64,000 bases of DNA from Azolla caroliniana. Lineage: Eukaryota; Plantae; Polypodiophyta. Under the pieces are notes generated by a model. It did not search any database and was not told the origin of the DNA. It was given only the letters and a program-made list of their open reading frames with translations. The position numbers and the translations under genes are program-made. Positions 38,675 through 52,000 of this stretch are shown piece after piece. The first letter of the stretch is position 1; the number at the start of each line of letters is the position of its first letter. The DNA is taken from the NCBI GenBank assembly GCA_043228905.1, contig JBHGNT010000020.1, positions 2,914,001-2,978,000 on the forward strand, given 5' to 3'.

Positions 38675-41600
38675 CTATACAAAATAATCATTTCATTCAT
38701 TAAAAGGAATCATGAGAAATATAGTTTCCATGGAAAACACACACACACACACACACACACATACATACATACATACACATATATAATACATCAGTCTTAC
38801 ATCATACTGCATACATATACCTACATATGTGCGTCATATCAACATGCATATATACAAGAGATGTGGGAAAAACCTGGTAAAATGACCAGATATACTCCAG
38901 AATATCTCGTCGGCAAAAGCCATTGGCATTATAGAATGTTCTTGATGAGGGGCCTATCTCTGAGAACCGGTCGATAGGAAAAAGTATTGTTACAAAGACT
39001 CCTTTGAAAATAATCTCCCCCCTTTCCCTGTCATGCCATAGTTTCTTTAATAAAGAGAAAGATCAATATATATAAAGGAATATGACCAGAATACATTTGA
39101 AACATAATAAATAAAAAGGCATATGGGGATTCTATAAATAAGCAAGAAATTTACAGTCATAACAACACAAGATATTCCCATTTATATCATAGCATTTGAA
39201 AAACATTAAAAATAACCGAACTTTGTGCCATGTATATGGAATCTGTTCGGATGGAATTCAAATTCTAAGGAAATTCTTGCAGAAGAAGACGATGGATGTA
39301 CATTCCCCTTTGCCATTCAAATTAGAAAACTAAAAAAGCCCATTAAAAATACTTGTATGTGGGTTTTCTTATTGTAAGTATTGAGCATATATATTCAACA
39401 CAAAAGAATAAGAATTAATTGATACCCTTTTCTATTTATCATGTTTCTCTTTACACTATGAAAAATGATGTTTCACCTTTCAGTCAGAGGCCTTGTGGTG
39501 TAAAAGGCACCCTCATGGTTGCTTCGGTCTTCAACATCCTCTTGTATATTATACAAAAGCCCACCTTCATTTGGCATATCGCTCTCACTTCCACATCTAT
39601 CCACATACACATGGGCACCACATGATGGTTCTGTTATTGACCAACTGACATCTTCGAGAAGAGAATTAGGAGTTATGAGTCTCGGTAAAGACCGGCACGG
39701 CTGCATGTAAAAAAATACCCTCATATAAATTTATGGAAGTGCCAAAACTCCAAAAAATACGCCTTTTAAAATTTGTTAGATTTTTGCCAGACATATCTGT
39801 ATGTTTTTTTAGAGAGTACAGGAAAACTGCACCTCAACCTTGTTGGTTGGTATTCACAAGAATATTCATAAGTTTCCAGAAAGCACCATAATACCTCACA
39901 ATTGTAGAAATTCTACTACATTGAGGGATACCCATCCCCTAATTTGTTGGGTTTTTACCAGAATGTGCATAAGTTTTCAGAACGCACCAGAATATCTCTC
40001 CTCTAATTTATCAGGCATTTACTGAAACATCCGTATGTCTTCAGAGAGTATCAGAATACAACTCAACAGTACACAATTTACAAAATTCTGGTAGTTTTTG
40101 AAAACTTAAGGATTTGCTAGCAAATATCCATTTACTCCCTAAGAAAAAAAATTCATTCAAGAAAGAATATACGGAATTGTGGTGAGCACAATGACCCCTA
40201 CTTGGTTGTGGGGACCTCGACGCCTCCTAACAGAAGCCTTCGCAGCACTACTCTTCTCCTCCCTTTGACGAGTTCGAGACTCCAAATCACGATCATCAAT
40301 GGCTCCGCAAAGTGACGATATCTTTTCATGTGACTTTTCGGTTCCCTGCATGAATGCATGTATATGGACTTACAGACTATCCAAATGACAGACTTCTAGG
40401 CACCAAAATTAAATATATATTTTTTCTGTGGTTTCTCAGGGAGGTCAATTATAAACTTTAAACCCTCTATATCACATATGTTTGCTTAAAGGCCTATTTT
40501 AAAAAGCCCCTTACCAATGGATCTTTTAATGAGTAAAATCCACCTTTTGTCCATACAATTTGTAGGTCATTATGTGTAAACCCACTATATTTTACATGCA
40601 TTCAACTAAAGGCGCAGATTTCAGCAAAAAATAAAATTGTGCACTTCCCCTATTCAATGTTTAGGGGGGATCACTATATGTAAACATCTCTACATTGTGT
40701 GCATATGGTGTGTCTAGAAAAAGCTACCAACTATGGTTCTTTCATGCACCCTTTTCTTGTTCAAGATTAGGAGTTTCATATTACATGTAAATCCTTTTAT
40801 ATCACATATCTTCAAAGACTAAGTAAAAAACCTGTTATCTATGGTTATAATAGTAATAACAATAAGATACCCCATTTTCCTATTCAATCTCTGGAAGGAG
40901 TGTAGTATCATCTCTAGAAAGGCCAATATGGCCTATGAGACCAAAGGAAATATACGCCCTATAGCTTGTTCGCTTGCTCAAGAAATGTAAATAACGATGC
41001 AACGCAAGAAGGAAAGATGCTATGTGCAAATATAAAATACGCATGTTTTGCATGAAAAAATAGCAGTAACAAGAAAATACACATTTTTCCTATTCAATCT
41101 CTGGAAGAAGAAGAACATATTATTGTCTCTAGAAAGGTCAATATGGCGGCCTATCAGATACTATATGCAAAACCATCTATATCATGGGCATTCCAAGCCC
41201 ATACAGAAAAGCAACATTTCCTATTTAATATGTAAGGGACTGACACATTACATTATCTCAACGCATATATTTTAAGAAACCCTTTCATCTATGGCTTTTT
41301 TCCTGAATAAAATTCAGCCTTTTGCAATTCAGACCTCCAGCAGAGTAACTATTCATACAAACCCTTCAAACACATGCATTCAAAACCTTCTTTTGTTTTA
41401 AGATTATCTATGGGTTTTAAAAAAAAGATACGATTTATGGTTTTTTCATAATCAAAACGCAATTCAATCGCACAATACCATTAAATGATATGCTAATGTA
41501 TGTTTGTGTAAAACATAAAAACATAAAAACCCTTCTATTGAACTCAATGCAATCAATACATATTTGAGTTAACTCCCCCTTAAATGCATCATTTAGAGAG

Positions 41601-43985
41601 AGAAACCCATCACCACTTTTGCATACCTCGATTGAATGATGACCTTCAGCAATATCCAATAAGACAGAGACATGTCGGGCCAAGTCTGCCGAAAGTTGAA
41701 CAAGTCGTTGAACACTCCTCTCTTTCACAGACTTCATCACCCAAAAAGGCTACAAAACTCAAAAAAAGTAAAACTTTAAAGCTCATATGATGGTCATACA
41801 TTTAATCATAACATTCATAATTTATCAACACCATTTGCAAATCAAACTTACCGTGACCAAGTTCACGTTGAACCCAAGGTATTTCAACATAAAAGCTCCT
41901 TCACAAACTATATGAGTAGCGGGTGAACCAATGTACCAGTGGTCGATAAAGGAACCCCCTTCACTTGCTACAACTTCCATGACCTGAAATCAACACAAAC
42001 AAACAATCAAGATATTGAATCTTCATGACAGACAGAGCTGAGTTACAGGACTGAGGATCCAATTAGATGTGGGAAAAAAACAAGATGTCACCTTTCTTTG
42101 GAACTCATTTGATGAGTCCATATCGATACAAAAACACATATTTGAGAAAATTCCATGAGTGACCACGTCTTTTTTCACAATTTCTGTCGGCACTTGTACT
42201 GTTGTGAGAGTTAATGCTTTCATTTCATTATGAGGAGTTGACGGCAAAGACAAACGATCAGAGCTTCCTACTTCACGGATGGGGGCCGATGTATTAAGGA
42301 AGCTTCTTACATTGTATAGAGATTCATCTAATCTCACTGCAAAAATTCCTAGACTTTACTACAATAATTAAAAGAAACAAAAAATTTGCATAAATAGATA
42401 TCTTATGCCATCATCGATGTAATTTATTCACATACCATTTTGTTTAACACAATTCACAAACCATGCTAGAGTGACAACATAAAGACCCCTTTTAAGCCCG
42501 TGCTTCAAAGCATGTTCATACTTTCGCCCGCTAAAGCTGTGAAAAAAGAGTTAAGAAAGCATTGCACCAAAAAGAGTACATTAATCTCTCTTCTTTTCTT
42601 GATGTATACATCAATCTCCGTTCTTTATTATACATGTACAGCAGAGTTGCCAAAGTATCATGTCATGGCTGATCACTATTTATAATGTAAACGAATTTTT
42701 ATGAAGGATATCTGTACAACAAGGTGGGTGCATTGAGAGTGAAGATCTGGACTGTATTCGCCGCCCATCCATACAGTTGCTTCTTGCACTTGTTTCCGGG
42801 CATCTGCATATTACGACTCATTAAACATTACACATTCCTTGGGTCGCACAGTACTTAGGAGACCACACAAAGAAATATACTGACCTTTTTAACATACTAG
42901 AAACAGTATAAAAAATATACCATGATAAAAATCCTCACAATCATACCGCAAATACAATAACAGTATAAAATACGTACTCGAACCACATTCACAGAGCAAT
43001 TTAGACCAGTCACAACAATTACAGCCACGTTCACATCAAAATAGAGCATTACCTTGTTCATTAAAGCCATCACCATGTTAAACTCAGAGCATAGGACCCA
43101 CCAAAACTTGTGGAGATAATGCTATGATATGCATATTTCTTATGATTTAATGAGATAAATTAAGAGCGCGTCATGGGATATTCACACAAATTAAAGAGCC
43201 GCAATCATCACATGAATTAGAGTATTGCCACAACAATTGAGGGCACAATCACATAAAACAACTATTACGAGGATAATCACATCAAATTTCAATTAAGACC
43301 AAAACATAGTTCATTCAAATGAACCAGAGCAAGAAGAGAAATTCCAACCTCTTGAAACGCTACAGAACAAAGAGCTCAATAACATCCAGTAAGATCATAA
43401 TCACATCAACTAGTATCATAACTACATCCACTGAGAACAAAACATTGTTATTTCAAATTACCCACAAATAATAGATGATAAAATACATCACTGAATATAT
43501 ACGTAGAGAAAAGGAAATTCAAAAGATAGAAAACATCAACATTAAGAACATAAACCAGGACAATCAAGACAATACTCATATCCATTAACCCAAAATCACA
43601 TCAATTAAGACCCGACATATGCTGTTTCGAATGATTCACAAACAATGGAGAAGGGGATTTATCATACGATGACTGAGTATAAGGCTACAGAAAGAAAGGA
43701 AAAGATAGACAGAGACAAACCTCTTGATAAGCCAGTGACACAGATGACGAGCCCATGGAACGGCCCACTGATGGAAGACATGATACTTCGAGGTTCCGAG
43801 GGAGGAGGTTGAAGGGGAGAGTTCATTCTACTTGCATTACCATTGCTATTACTGTTGGTATTACTATTATAACCACCCCCAAACATGGCATGATTGGGTG
43901 TGGAAGAGGCACTGCGCCCAGAATGACCTATCTTCTTCAAACAACCCACACTCAACACAACATGACTAGCTCTATGACCTGCCAT
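38456..43985 (-). CDS. BRCT-domain-containing (DNA repair/checkpoint-type) protein, 10 coding exons, 566 aa
   Basis: Exons 43985-43721, 42803-42712, 42538-42436, 42336-42092, 41983-41852, 41749-41627, 40345-40202, 39700-39477, 39027-38874 and 38674-38456 splice in phase to 1701 nt with no internal stop. BRCT1: FHGLVICVTGLS..MGGEYSPDLHSQCTHLVV..KYEHA..VVTLAWFVNC. BRCT2: IFSNMCFCID..EGGSFID..ATHIVC..LVTPFWV. Family assignment is from motif recall. Confidence 0.9.
38874..39027 (-). CDS. BRCT gene exon 9
   Basis: GACAG acceptor, TILFPIDRFSEIGPSSRTF...FYQ, donor GTTTTT. Confidence 0.88.
39477..39700 (-). CDS. BRCT gene exon 8
   Basis: TGCAG acceptor, PCRSLPRLITPNSLLE...RPLTE, donor GTGAAA. Confidence 0.85.
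40202..40345 (-). CDS. BRCT gene exon 7
   Basis: TGCAG acceptor, GTEKS...VRRRRGPHNQ, donor GTAGGG. Confidence 0.8.
41627..41749 (-). CDS. BRCT gene exon 6
   Basis: TTGTAG acceptor, PFWVMKS...LSADLARH...SIE, donor GTATGC. Confidence 0.88.
41852..41983 (-). CDS. BRCT gene exon 5
   Basis: TTTCAG acceptor, VMEVVASEGG...NLVT, donor GTAAGT. Confidence 0.9.
42092..42336 (-). CDS. BRCT gene exon 4
   Basis: TTTGCAG acceptor, VRLDESLY...EFQRK, donor GTGACA. Confidence 0.85.
42436..42538 (-). CDS. BRCT gene exon 3
   Basis: SFSGRKYEHALKHG...WFVNCVKQN, donor GTATGT. Confidence 0.9.
42539..42711 (-). other. U12-type (minor spliceosome) AT-AC intron, 173 nt
   Basis: 5' splice site ATATCCTT (42711-42704), branch point TTTCTTAAC (42558-42550), terminal AC (42540-42539). 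Phase-0 join VVQ/SFSGRK. Confidence 0.92.
42712..42803 (-). CDS. BRCT gene exon 2
   Basis: TGCAG acceptor, DARKQVQEA...THLVVQ, followed by ATATCCTT. Confidence 0.9.
43721..43985 (-). CDS. BRCT gene exon 1
   Basis: ATG to ...VTGLSR-G, donor GTTTGT. An in-frame stop lies upstream of the ATG. Confidence 0.8.
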
Positions 43986-44069
43986 GGCAAAACCTGTTTG
44001 AGCTTCGACATACCAACTCTTACCTCCTCTGTCTGTTCATAACCATAAGGCCTACCAGGGGATCAAACC

Positions 44070-45040
44070 ATAACCCTAACTTCCATTTAGCTCCATACAG
44101 GAAACCCTAATTCTCTGCGGGTAAATGTAGCTATGGGAAAACCGTCGCTTTTGTGATCAATGTAGGTCCGTGAAACCCTAATCCTATTTCGGATGATGAA
44201 AATGAAGATATCGAGAACCCTAATTCTTGTGTTGTGTTCAATGTGGATACGGGAACTTCTACCTAATTATTCTGATCAATGTGGCTACAGGAAACCCTTA
44301 CCCTAGTAGCTGGCTACAGGAAACTACGATTATCCTGATCAACAGTGACGATTAGTTTGGTGGACATGTAACCTTGACTCTTGCTAGCCCAGTTACAGGA
44401 AACAATAATTCTTCTGACAAACCTCTTTCTTTAGGAAGAAACTCTAATCATGGCTATTATTAGCTGTCGGAAACCCTAATTTTTCTTGGAAATCTCTTGC
44501 TTTACCGAACGTAAGCGAGCTACATGTAATAAGCCTAATTCTTATACATAATAAAAAGAAAACAGAACCCTAACCCGACAGAATACGAGGACAGAAACCC
44601 AATCTTGACTTCAGATTGAAAAGAATAAATAAATAAAAAAGGATGTATGTATTCTTTAACAGAGAAGGAAAAAGAAAAAGAAAAAAAAACAAGAGACTAT
44701 GTATGTATGTATAGGAAGATAGCAATAGATAAGCTATGTAAGCTACAGGAATCCCTAATTCTTCTTCTGTCGATTTCTTACATCCGCCAGACAGAGAGAG
44801 AAAGAAAAGGAAAACCCCTAAAACCTAAAATTGTTTGGATTTCTTTAGGAGGGAAAAAGGAAACCCTAATTGCTTAGGTTTCTATGAGCTCAGAATTGAA
44901 AGTTAGTTTATCTTTAATTTATGGTGCAGGAGAGGATGAAGAAGGGCTGGAATTCTTTTTCCCCCCTCAAACTCAGTATCCATCCATATCCCCTCCCCAC
45001 ACAGAGACCTATAGCTATGGAAGCTACAAGGAAACCCTAA
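44070..45040. promoter_or_regulatory. Telo-box (AAACCCTA) cluster in the 5' leader/promoter of the BRCT gene
   Basis: Perfect AAACCCTA at 44102, 44173, 44471, 44861 and 45032, plus at least 6 one-mismatch copies. Confidence 0.65.
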
Positions 45041-45362
45041 AATCTTAGGTTTCCATGAGAGGCTAGAATGAAAATTTTAGCTTTCTTTTTTGTTGATTGG
45101 GGTGGGGTGCTTGAGAGGATGAAGGGCTGGAATTGTTCCCCATGTCAGTGTCCATCCATCCATTCATTCTTTCATTCTTTCAAGTCATTATGTCCACCAA
45201 GAACCTGGTGTCCAGTCCCAATCCAGTAATGGTATGTCCACCAAGAACCTAGTGTTCAGTCCCAATCCAGTAATGGTTTGATCATATGGATACATAATGC
45301 CACACGAGTGGATGAGCCATATTTATATCGCCAATGTCTCTCGTATGTGAATATCTTAATCG

Positions 45363-45394
<32 letters not shown>

Positions 45395-45445
45395 ACATTG
45401 ACTCCATTTGTCGATGAAACCTTGCGTCTGGGTATTCCATGATTG

Positions 45446-46817
45446 TATGGATGGCATAGACCAGATGGTGGCATGCCAATGGATGAGCTATAATCGCCAA
45501 TGTGTGTGCGCATGTGTGCACCTGAATATATGAATCACCCATGGGTGAAGAGGGCATGGGAGATGGCGAAGGAATGAGACACATGTACATTTCGTTAGAT
45601 GGGGGTGTGTGAGGGATATCACCATCCCCTCGTACGTCAGCCTGCCCACATATCTCCACCATCCATCCAAAGCTCATAGATGACACTAGAAAACTGTGAA
45701 ACCATAATGTCATATTTGAAGTTGAAGAACCCAAGAGTTCCATCAACTTCATGTACTTCTCGAGTAAACTAATGTAAAAAAATGCTATGTAAAAATGGTA
45801 TTGAATGGAAAGTATGTATATGATACCATTTTCTGTTGTGTGTGTGTGTGTGTGTGTGTGGAAAAAGAAGATTGGAAAACCGTGAAACCATAATGTCGGA
45901 CTTGAAGTTGAAGAACCCAAGAGTTCCATCGACTTCGCATACTTCTCAAGTAAACCAACGTAAAAAAATGCCATGTAAAAATGGTATTGAGAATGGAAAC
46001 TATGTATCTATCTATGTATATGATACCATTTCTGGTGTGTGTGTGTGTGTGTGTGGAAATACAAGAGTAGACACAAAGAGCTTATGTTGATGGTGCAGCG
46101 ATAAAGGAAACCTATTGTATTAATGCGAAAGAATGAATTGTGACATGGAATCGAGTGTATGTTGGGTGTGGTCTAAAAAACATGGACAAAAGAGAAGCAA
46201 GGTACTGTGGGTTAACTTCTTTGTGTGCAATATGCCAAATGCACATGATCATATGGATGGCATAGATCAAATGGTGGCATGCCAATGGATGAGCTATATC
46301 GCCAATGTGTGTGCATGTGTGCCTGAATATATGAATCACCCATGGGTGAAGATGGCATGGGAGATGGAGAAGGAATGAGACACATGTACATTTCGTTAGA
46401 TGGGGGTGTGTGAGGGATATCACCATCCCCTCGTATGTCGGCCTGCCCACATATGTCTACTATCCATCCAAAGCTCGTAGATGACACTAGAAAACTATGA
46501 AACCATAATGTCGGATTTGAAGTTGAAGAACCCAAGAGTTCCATCAACTTCGTGTACTTCTCAAGTAAACTAACGTAAAAAAATGGTGTTGAATGGAAAC
46601 TATGTATATGATACCATTTTCTGTTGTGTGTGTGTGTGTGTGGAAAAAGAAGACTAGAAAACCGTGAAATCATAATGTCGGATTTGAAGTTGAAGAACCC
46701 AAGAGTTCCATCGACTTCGCATACTTCTCAAGTAAACCAATGTAAAATAATGCCATGTAAAAATGGCATTGAGAATGGAAATTGTGTATCTATATTTGCA
46801 TATGATACCATTTATGT

Positions 46818-46849
<32 letters not shown>

Positions 46850-47035
46850 GAAAAACAAGAGTCGAGACAAAGAGCTTATGTTGATGGTGTAGAGATAAAG
46901 GGAAGCTATTGTACTAATGCAAAAGAATGAATTGTGACATGGAATCGAGCGTATGTCGGGTGTGGTCTAAAAAACACGGACAAAAGAGAAGCAAGGTACC
47001 GTGGGTCAACCTCTTTGTGTGCAATATGCCAAATG
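45446..47035. repeat. Tandem duplication of about 800 bp; each unit holds two sub-repeats of about 180 bp ending in (TG)n
   Basis: ATGGATGGCATAGA at about 45446 and 46253. GAAGTTGAAGAACCCAAGAGTTCCATC occurs 4 times. Confidence 0.9.
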
Positions 47036-47488
47036 ATGATGGAAGGTAATCCTTCTTCCATCCTTCATTTCATGTATGTATATCACTATTGAAGGACACG
47101 TTATCTCTCAACTCTCTTTCCCTACGTACTTTCCCTCCACTCTATCTTCATGAATAATGTCCAATCAAAACTCAAAACAACTTACTCTTCCTTTGACAAG
47201 GGTTTTTTCCTACGCATGAGCCCATAATATTAGAGTTGGGCTTGTATAAAACTTGTTAAACTAAGCTCCTAATCGACTCATAAATAAATTATACCTCAAA
47301 TTATTAGATTTTGGAATGGGCATGCTTCACAATTCTCAAAGATATTGTTAAATTCTAATTCAAAAAGATATATTTTCTCTCCTTTTTATGACATCAAGGA
47401 TTTGAGAGACAATATTGGCGATTTAGCTTGTCCCACTACACATGTAGTGGTGACACACACATTTATTAATATAATTGTGTGTGGTTTC

Positions 47489-47492
<4 letters not shown>

Positions 47493-47529
<37 letters not shown>
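47493..47529. repeat. (AG)n microsatellite
   Basis: Perfect dinucleotide run. Confidence 0.95.
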
Positions 47530-47532
<3 letters not shown>

Positions 47533-49001
47533 GATCATTTATTATTGACGAGGATTTATGGAATAAGTTTTAAGAAAGATGTGCCATAGTTTTTTTAATG
47601 TATGAACATCAAAGCAACATTCTTATCGTTTTGCCTCTTCTGAATCTTTGTCTATATTTTGGGAAGTTTTCGAGTAAAAGCCCAACTTTTACTCGAAAAT
47701 GAGGTGGGGACTATGTCCACTTTGGTGGGAAGGCCAGAGTGAGGGCTGGTGAGAGGAACTTTGGGTGTTCTATGATGTAATTTTGTTTGCTAACTAATGC
47801 GAAGTAGTGTTTTTTTGGAAAAAAAGAAGAAGCCCAACTTTTGTTCTCGGTGTAATATTAAAAGCACCCCTAAAGTTTCACAAAATATCAAACTATCTGT
47901 TTACCTTTGGTCAAAAGGTTGAGAATTATTATCATTGCCTTTTGTTAGGTAGGGTATTATTGTAAGGCAACATTGCCCTTGGAGATTGAGTTATTATTTG
48001 TGGAAAGTGAATTCGTAAAGCAATATTTCTAGGAATAAAGTGCTAGTTTGCATGATCCTAGATCAAAGGAAACATTTATTAGTCTGCACGATCCTAAGGA
48101 AGTGCAACGTGAACATATTTTACAAGTGATGTAAGGTTAGGCCTATTTGTTAAGGCGTAACCTCACAACCTTGAAAGTTACAGAGCACAAACTTTTATGA
48201 TAGACTGTTTGTCGAATTCCCCTCGTTCCAAAATATTAATACTTTTTCCATAATAGGCATATTTTTGTGTGTCTTAATCCCCAAAATAAATAGCAAGAGG
48301 ATTTGCAAGGGTGCAGGTGATGTTGAAACCACCTCTGCTAAGGGTACAAAACCCCTTTAGAACTAGGAACGGGTTGAGGGTAAGGATAACCCCCTTAGGA
48401 GAAGGGATGAATCCATGGGAATATGCATACCTTTTTGTGTGCACTCATACATTCTCAACGCCACTCATAAATTAGACTAAATGCTAACTCTTAGCCTGAA
48501 ACTTTGAAAATCATGTGTCATTGGGCAGTGATTTTCATGACCCAATCTCAAGGATGAGGTTTCATCATGGAGTCCCGTCCTCTTTAAGAGAGGTGATTCC
48601 ATGGAAGTGCACATTCTCGCTTGAACCTACTTTTGTTTCAAGTAGGCCTCAATCGTATGCAAGTCTTGTTATGTTGCCACTTGGGATATGGTTTGTGGCA
48701 TTTTTGAAGCCCGATTAAAGAAGGTTGTGTTCCTTATAGTCCCACCTCTTTCTTCCTCTCTAAATCTAAACTATCAATTTATATACTTGCCTCCTGAGTC
48801 TCCAAACAATAGAGTTGCAATTCTAATTTTCTCCCTTGATCTGCACCGTTTTTTGCCATTTGTTGAGATGAGACCCATACACCTGCGGATGTTGTGAGTT
48901 TTAGTTATGTTAGCTAACATGTGTCCTCGATCTCCAAGTTTTCTAGATTATAATAACTATGAGAGAGTCTATTTGAGGGCTACCCCACACTACTAGTTTT
49001 C

Positions 49002-52000
49002 TATAAAAAATAGCGTGCGGAAGTAAGTATGAAGACGAAACAGAAGGAAGGAAACTCAGGTTCAATGGAGAGCTTGAGCTTACGCAGTATACGCGGGAGA
49101 GACAGAGAGAGAAACACAAAAAATATATTCAACAATAATACTCAGTCTGTACATAAGACGTGCTCAGTGAACACTTTTATACAAGTCCTGGAAGGACTGA
49201 CCGAAGTACTGACAGTACTTCAATGCTCATTAAGAGCTCCTACACTAACTCCCAAATATATTCCTCACGGAATATCTTTCCTAACGACCTCCCGGTTTAC
49301 GCACTCGGCCTAACCGATCGGTCCCAGCCGATCTGGTCCTCGGCTTCTTCAGCCGATCTGGCCGATGTTGAGCTTGTCTCTCAACACTCCCCCTCAAGCT
49401 CAACTTGAGGCTCTTCGGGATCTTCGGGTTCACAACTCCGGTTCCTCCTGGCTTTATGCCTCGCTCGCGCTCCTCAACCTGTTCGACTCCGCGCGCTTCG
49501 ACCCTTCCGGTCGGATTGTCTGCTCATGCGGCCCTTATTAGCTCTTCTACTGTTGCGGTGTTGACGCTTCTCCTGCTGCCTTTTCTTCCGCTTAGGCCTC
49601 GGTTGATTTAGCGTGTCTGAATCAAACATCCGAACCGACTCGGCTACCTCCGATCGGTTTTCGCTCTCGTCCGAGTTGGTTGTCTCCAACTCGTCTTCGG
49701 TCTTCTCGCCCTCGATGGCGTCATCTCCCCTATGTGTGGTTGGCTTCGGCTCTCTCCTTCGGCTGCTCCCCTTCTGTCCGCTTCCGAACTTTTCCGCGGG
49801 TCCGCCCTCGGCTTCTTCAGCCGATCCGAAGTCGAACTTGTCAACCGACTCGGTGTCGCGGTCTCCGCTCCTTTCTTGCTGCCTTGCTTGGTCGTTCGGG
49901 ACTGTTCTCCCCCTCAAGTTCGGCACGTCAAGGTGACGCAATCCGAGCGCACCTGAGAATTGCCGCAACTTGTCTAGACCAAGAGGCTTGGTGAAGATGT
50001 CGGCAGCCTGCCGATCCGTCGGAACGTACTGAAGTTCGACTTCACCGGAAAGGACACGCTCACGGACGAAATGGTAGTGCACCTCAATGTGCTTGGTCCG
50101 TGCGTGGAAGACGGGGTTCTTCGCGAGTTGGATGCTGCTGAGGTTGTCACAGTAGATCGTCGTTGGATCGGACACCTCCTCTTGCAGGTCCTTAAGTAGC
50201 CGCTTCAACCATATGGCTTCGCATGTCGCGACAGCCGCTCCTCGGTACTCAGCTTCGGTGCTCGACAGGGCAACTGTCGGCTGCTTCTTACTGCACCACG
50301 CGATCGCGGCACTCTCGAGGGAGAACGCGTAGCCAGACGTGGATCGGCGATCGGTGGCGTTGCCAGCCCAATCAACATCGGTGTAGCCGACTAGCTACAC
50401 GGCTGCACCGGTCCGATATAGCAGTCCTCGGTCCTTAGTGCCACTTATGTACCGCAGTACGCGTTGCGCACATTGAAGGTGCTCCTCGGTAGGTCGCGCC
50501 ATGAACTGACTGATCACCGCGACCGGGTAACTGAGGTCGGGTCGGGTGATGGTCAAGTATATGAGGCTTCCTACAATTTGTCGGAACCTCGTCGGGTCGC
50601 ATACCTTTCCCGTATCGGGACGAAGCTTGACGGTTCTGTCCAGAGGAGTCGAGACGGTCTTACAGTCGGCCATCCCGAATTTGAAGAGCATACTCAACAC
50701 GTAGTGACGTTGGCTGATCAATATACCTTCGGGGGTACGGATCACTTCGATCCCGAGGAAGTAATGAAGGTCCCCCGGATCCTTCATGTCGAACGATGCC
50801 GCAAGCTGAAGCTTCACGCGGTCGATTTCACCTAGGTCGGCGCCGGTGATGACCAAGTCATCAACATACAGTAAAATACTAACCGGTTCGAGTCGACCTT
50901 TCCGGATGAACAGGGAAGAGTCTGATTTTGACGTGACGAAGCCCAACCGACGCAGTTGTTGCGTGATCTTCGCGTTCCAGGCACGCGGGGCTTGCTTTAG
51001 TCCGTAAAGGAACTTCTTCAGTCGGCAGACTGCCGAGGAGTTCGTTTCGGAGTGAAATCCGGGGGGCTGTACCATGTACACCTGTTCCTCAAGGTCACCT
51101 TGCAGGAATGCATTCTTTACATCCATCTGATGTAAGTGCCACCCCTTCGCCGCAGCTACTGCGAGCAAAACACGGACGATCGTCATTTTCGCGACCGGCG
51201 CAAACGTCTCATCGTAGTCGATGCCGTGTTTTTGCGCGTAGCCCTTTGCCACTAGCCGAGCCTTGTACCTGTTGACCGAGCCATCGGTGTTGTACTTGAC
51301 CTTGTACACCCACCTACACCCGATCGGTTTTACCCCTCTCGGTGCGTCAACCAGGTCCCAGGTCTTGTTCTCCGCCAATGTGTGCATCTCTTCCTCCATC
51401 GCGGCATGCCAATTCGCGTCCTTCGCCGCTTCTGCGTAGCTCTCCGGCTCACGCACGTCCGCTACACGGGTCATGTACGCATAATGATGCGCCATGTACT
51501 AGTTGTATCCGAACCGCAAAACAGGATTCTTCTGGCGGGTAGATCGACGTAATCTCACATTAGCCGATGTTGAGGCCTTCTCAGTCGACGCGGTCTTCAT
51601 CTTTAAAGACCTTGTCACCGGTTCCCTCGGAGTCGGACTCGCGTCGGTCTGACTCGTTCCTTTCCGTGCCGGAATCTGACACCTTCTTCTTCCCTTTCTC
51701 TTTACGCGTAAGACGTCTCCTCGGCTTCCTGCGCGGGGAATGCACGACCGAGTCTCCACTACTCGCCGGCTCTTCATCGGACCGGTCATACCGACTCAGT
51801 CGTCCAATCGGTCCACTTAACCGGAGTGAAATCAGACTCTCTTCGCGGGTCTCGATTTCGGGCTCATCCGGAGGCATCTCAGCCTCGCTGACCTCATCGT
51901 CAGAGATCGGATTGGAGTTGGGGTTCCGAGTCGGGGGCAGGTACCAGGACGCGGACTCGTCAAACACAACGTCGCGACTGACACGCGCTTGTTTGGTGCG

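Noticed and set aside
45256-46884. ORFs of up to 230 aa in the duplicated region
   Set aside because: They run through (TG)n/(CA)n tracts and their frames are not conserved between the duplicates.
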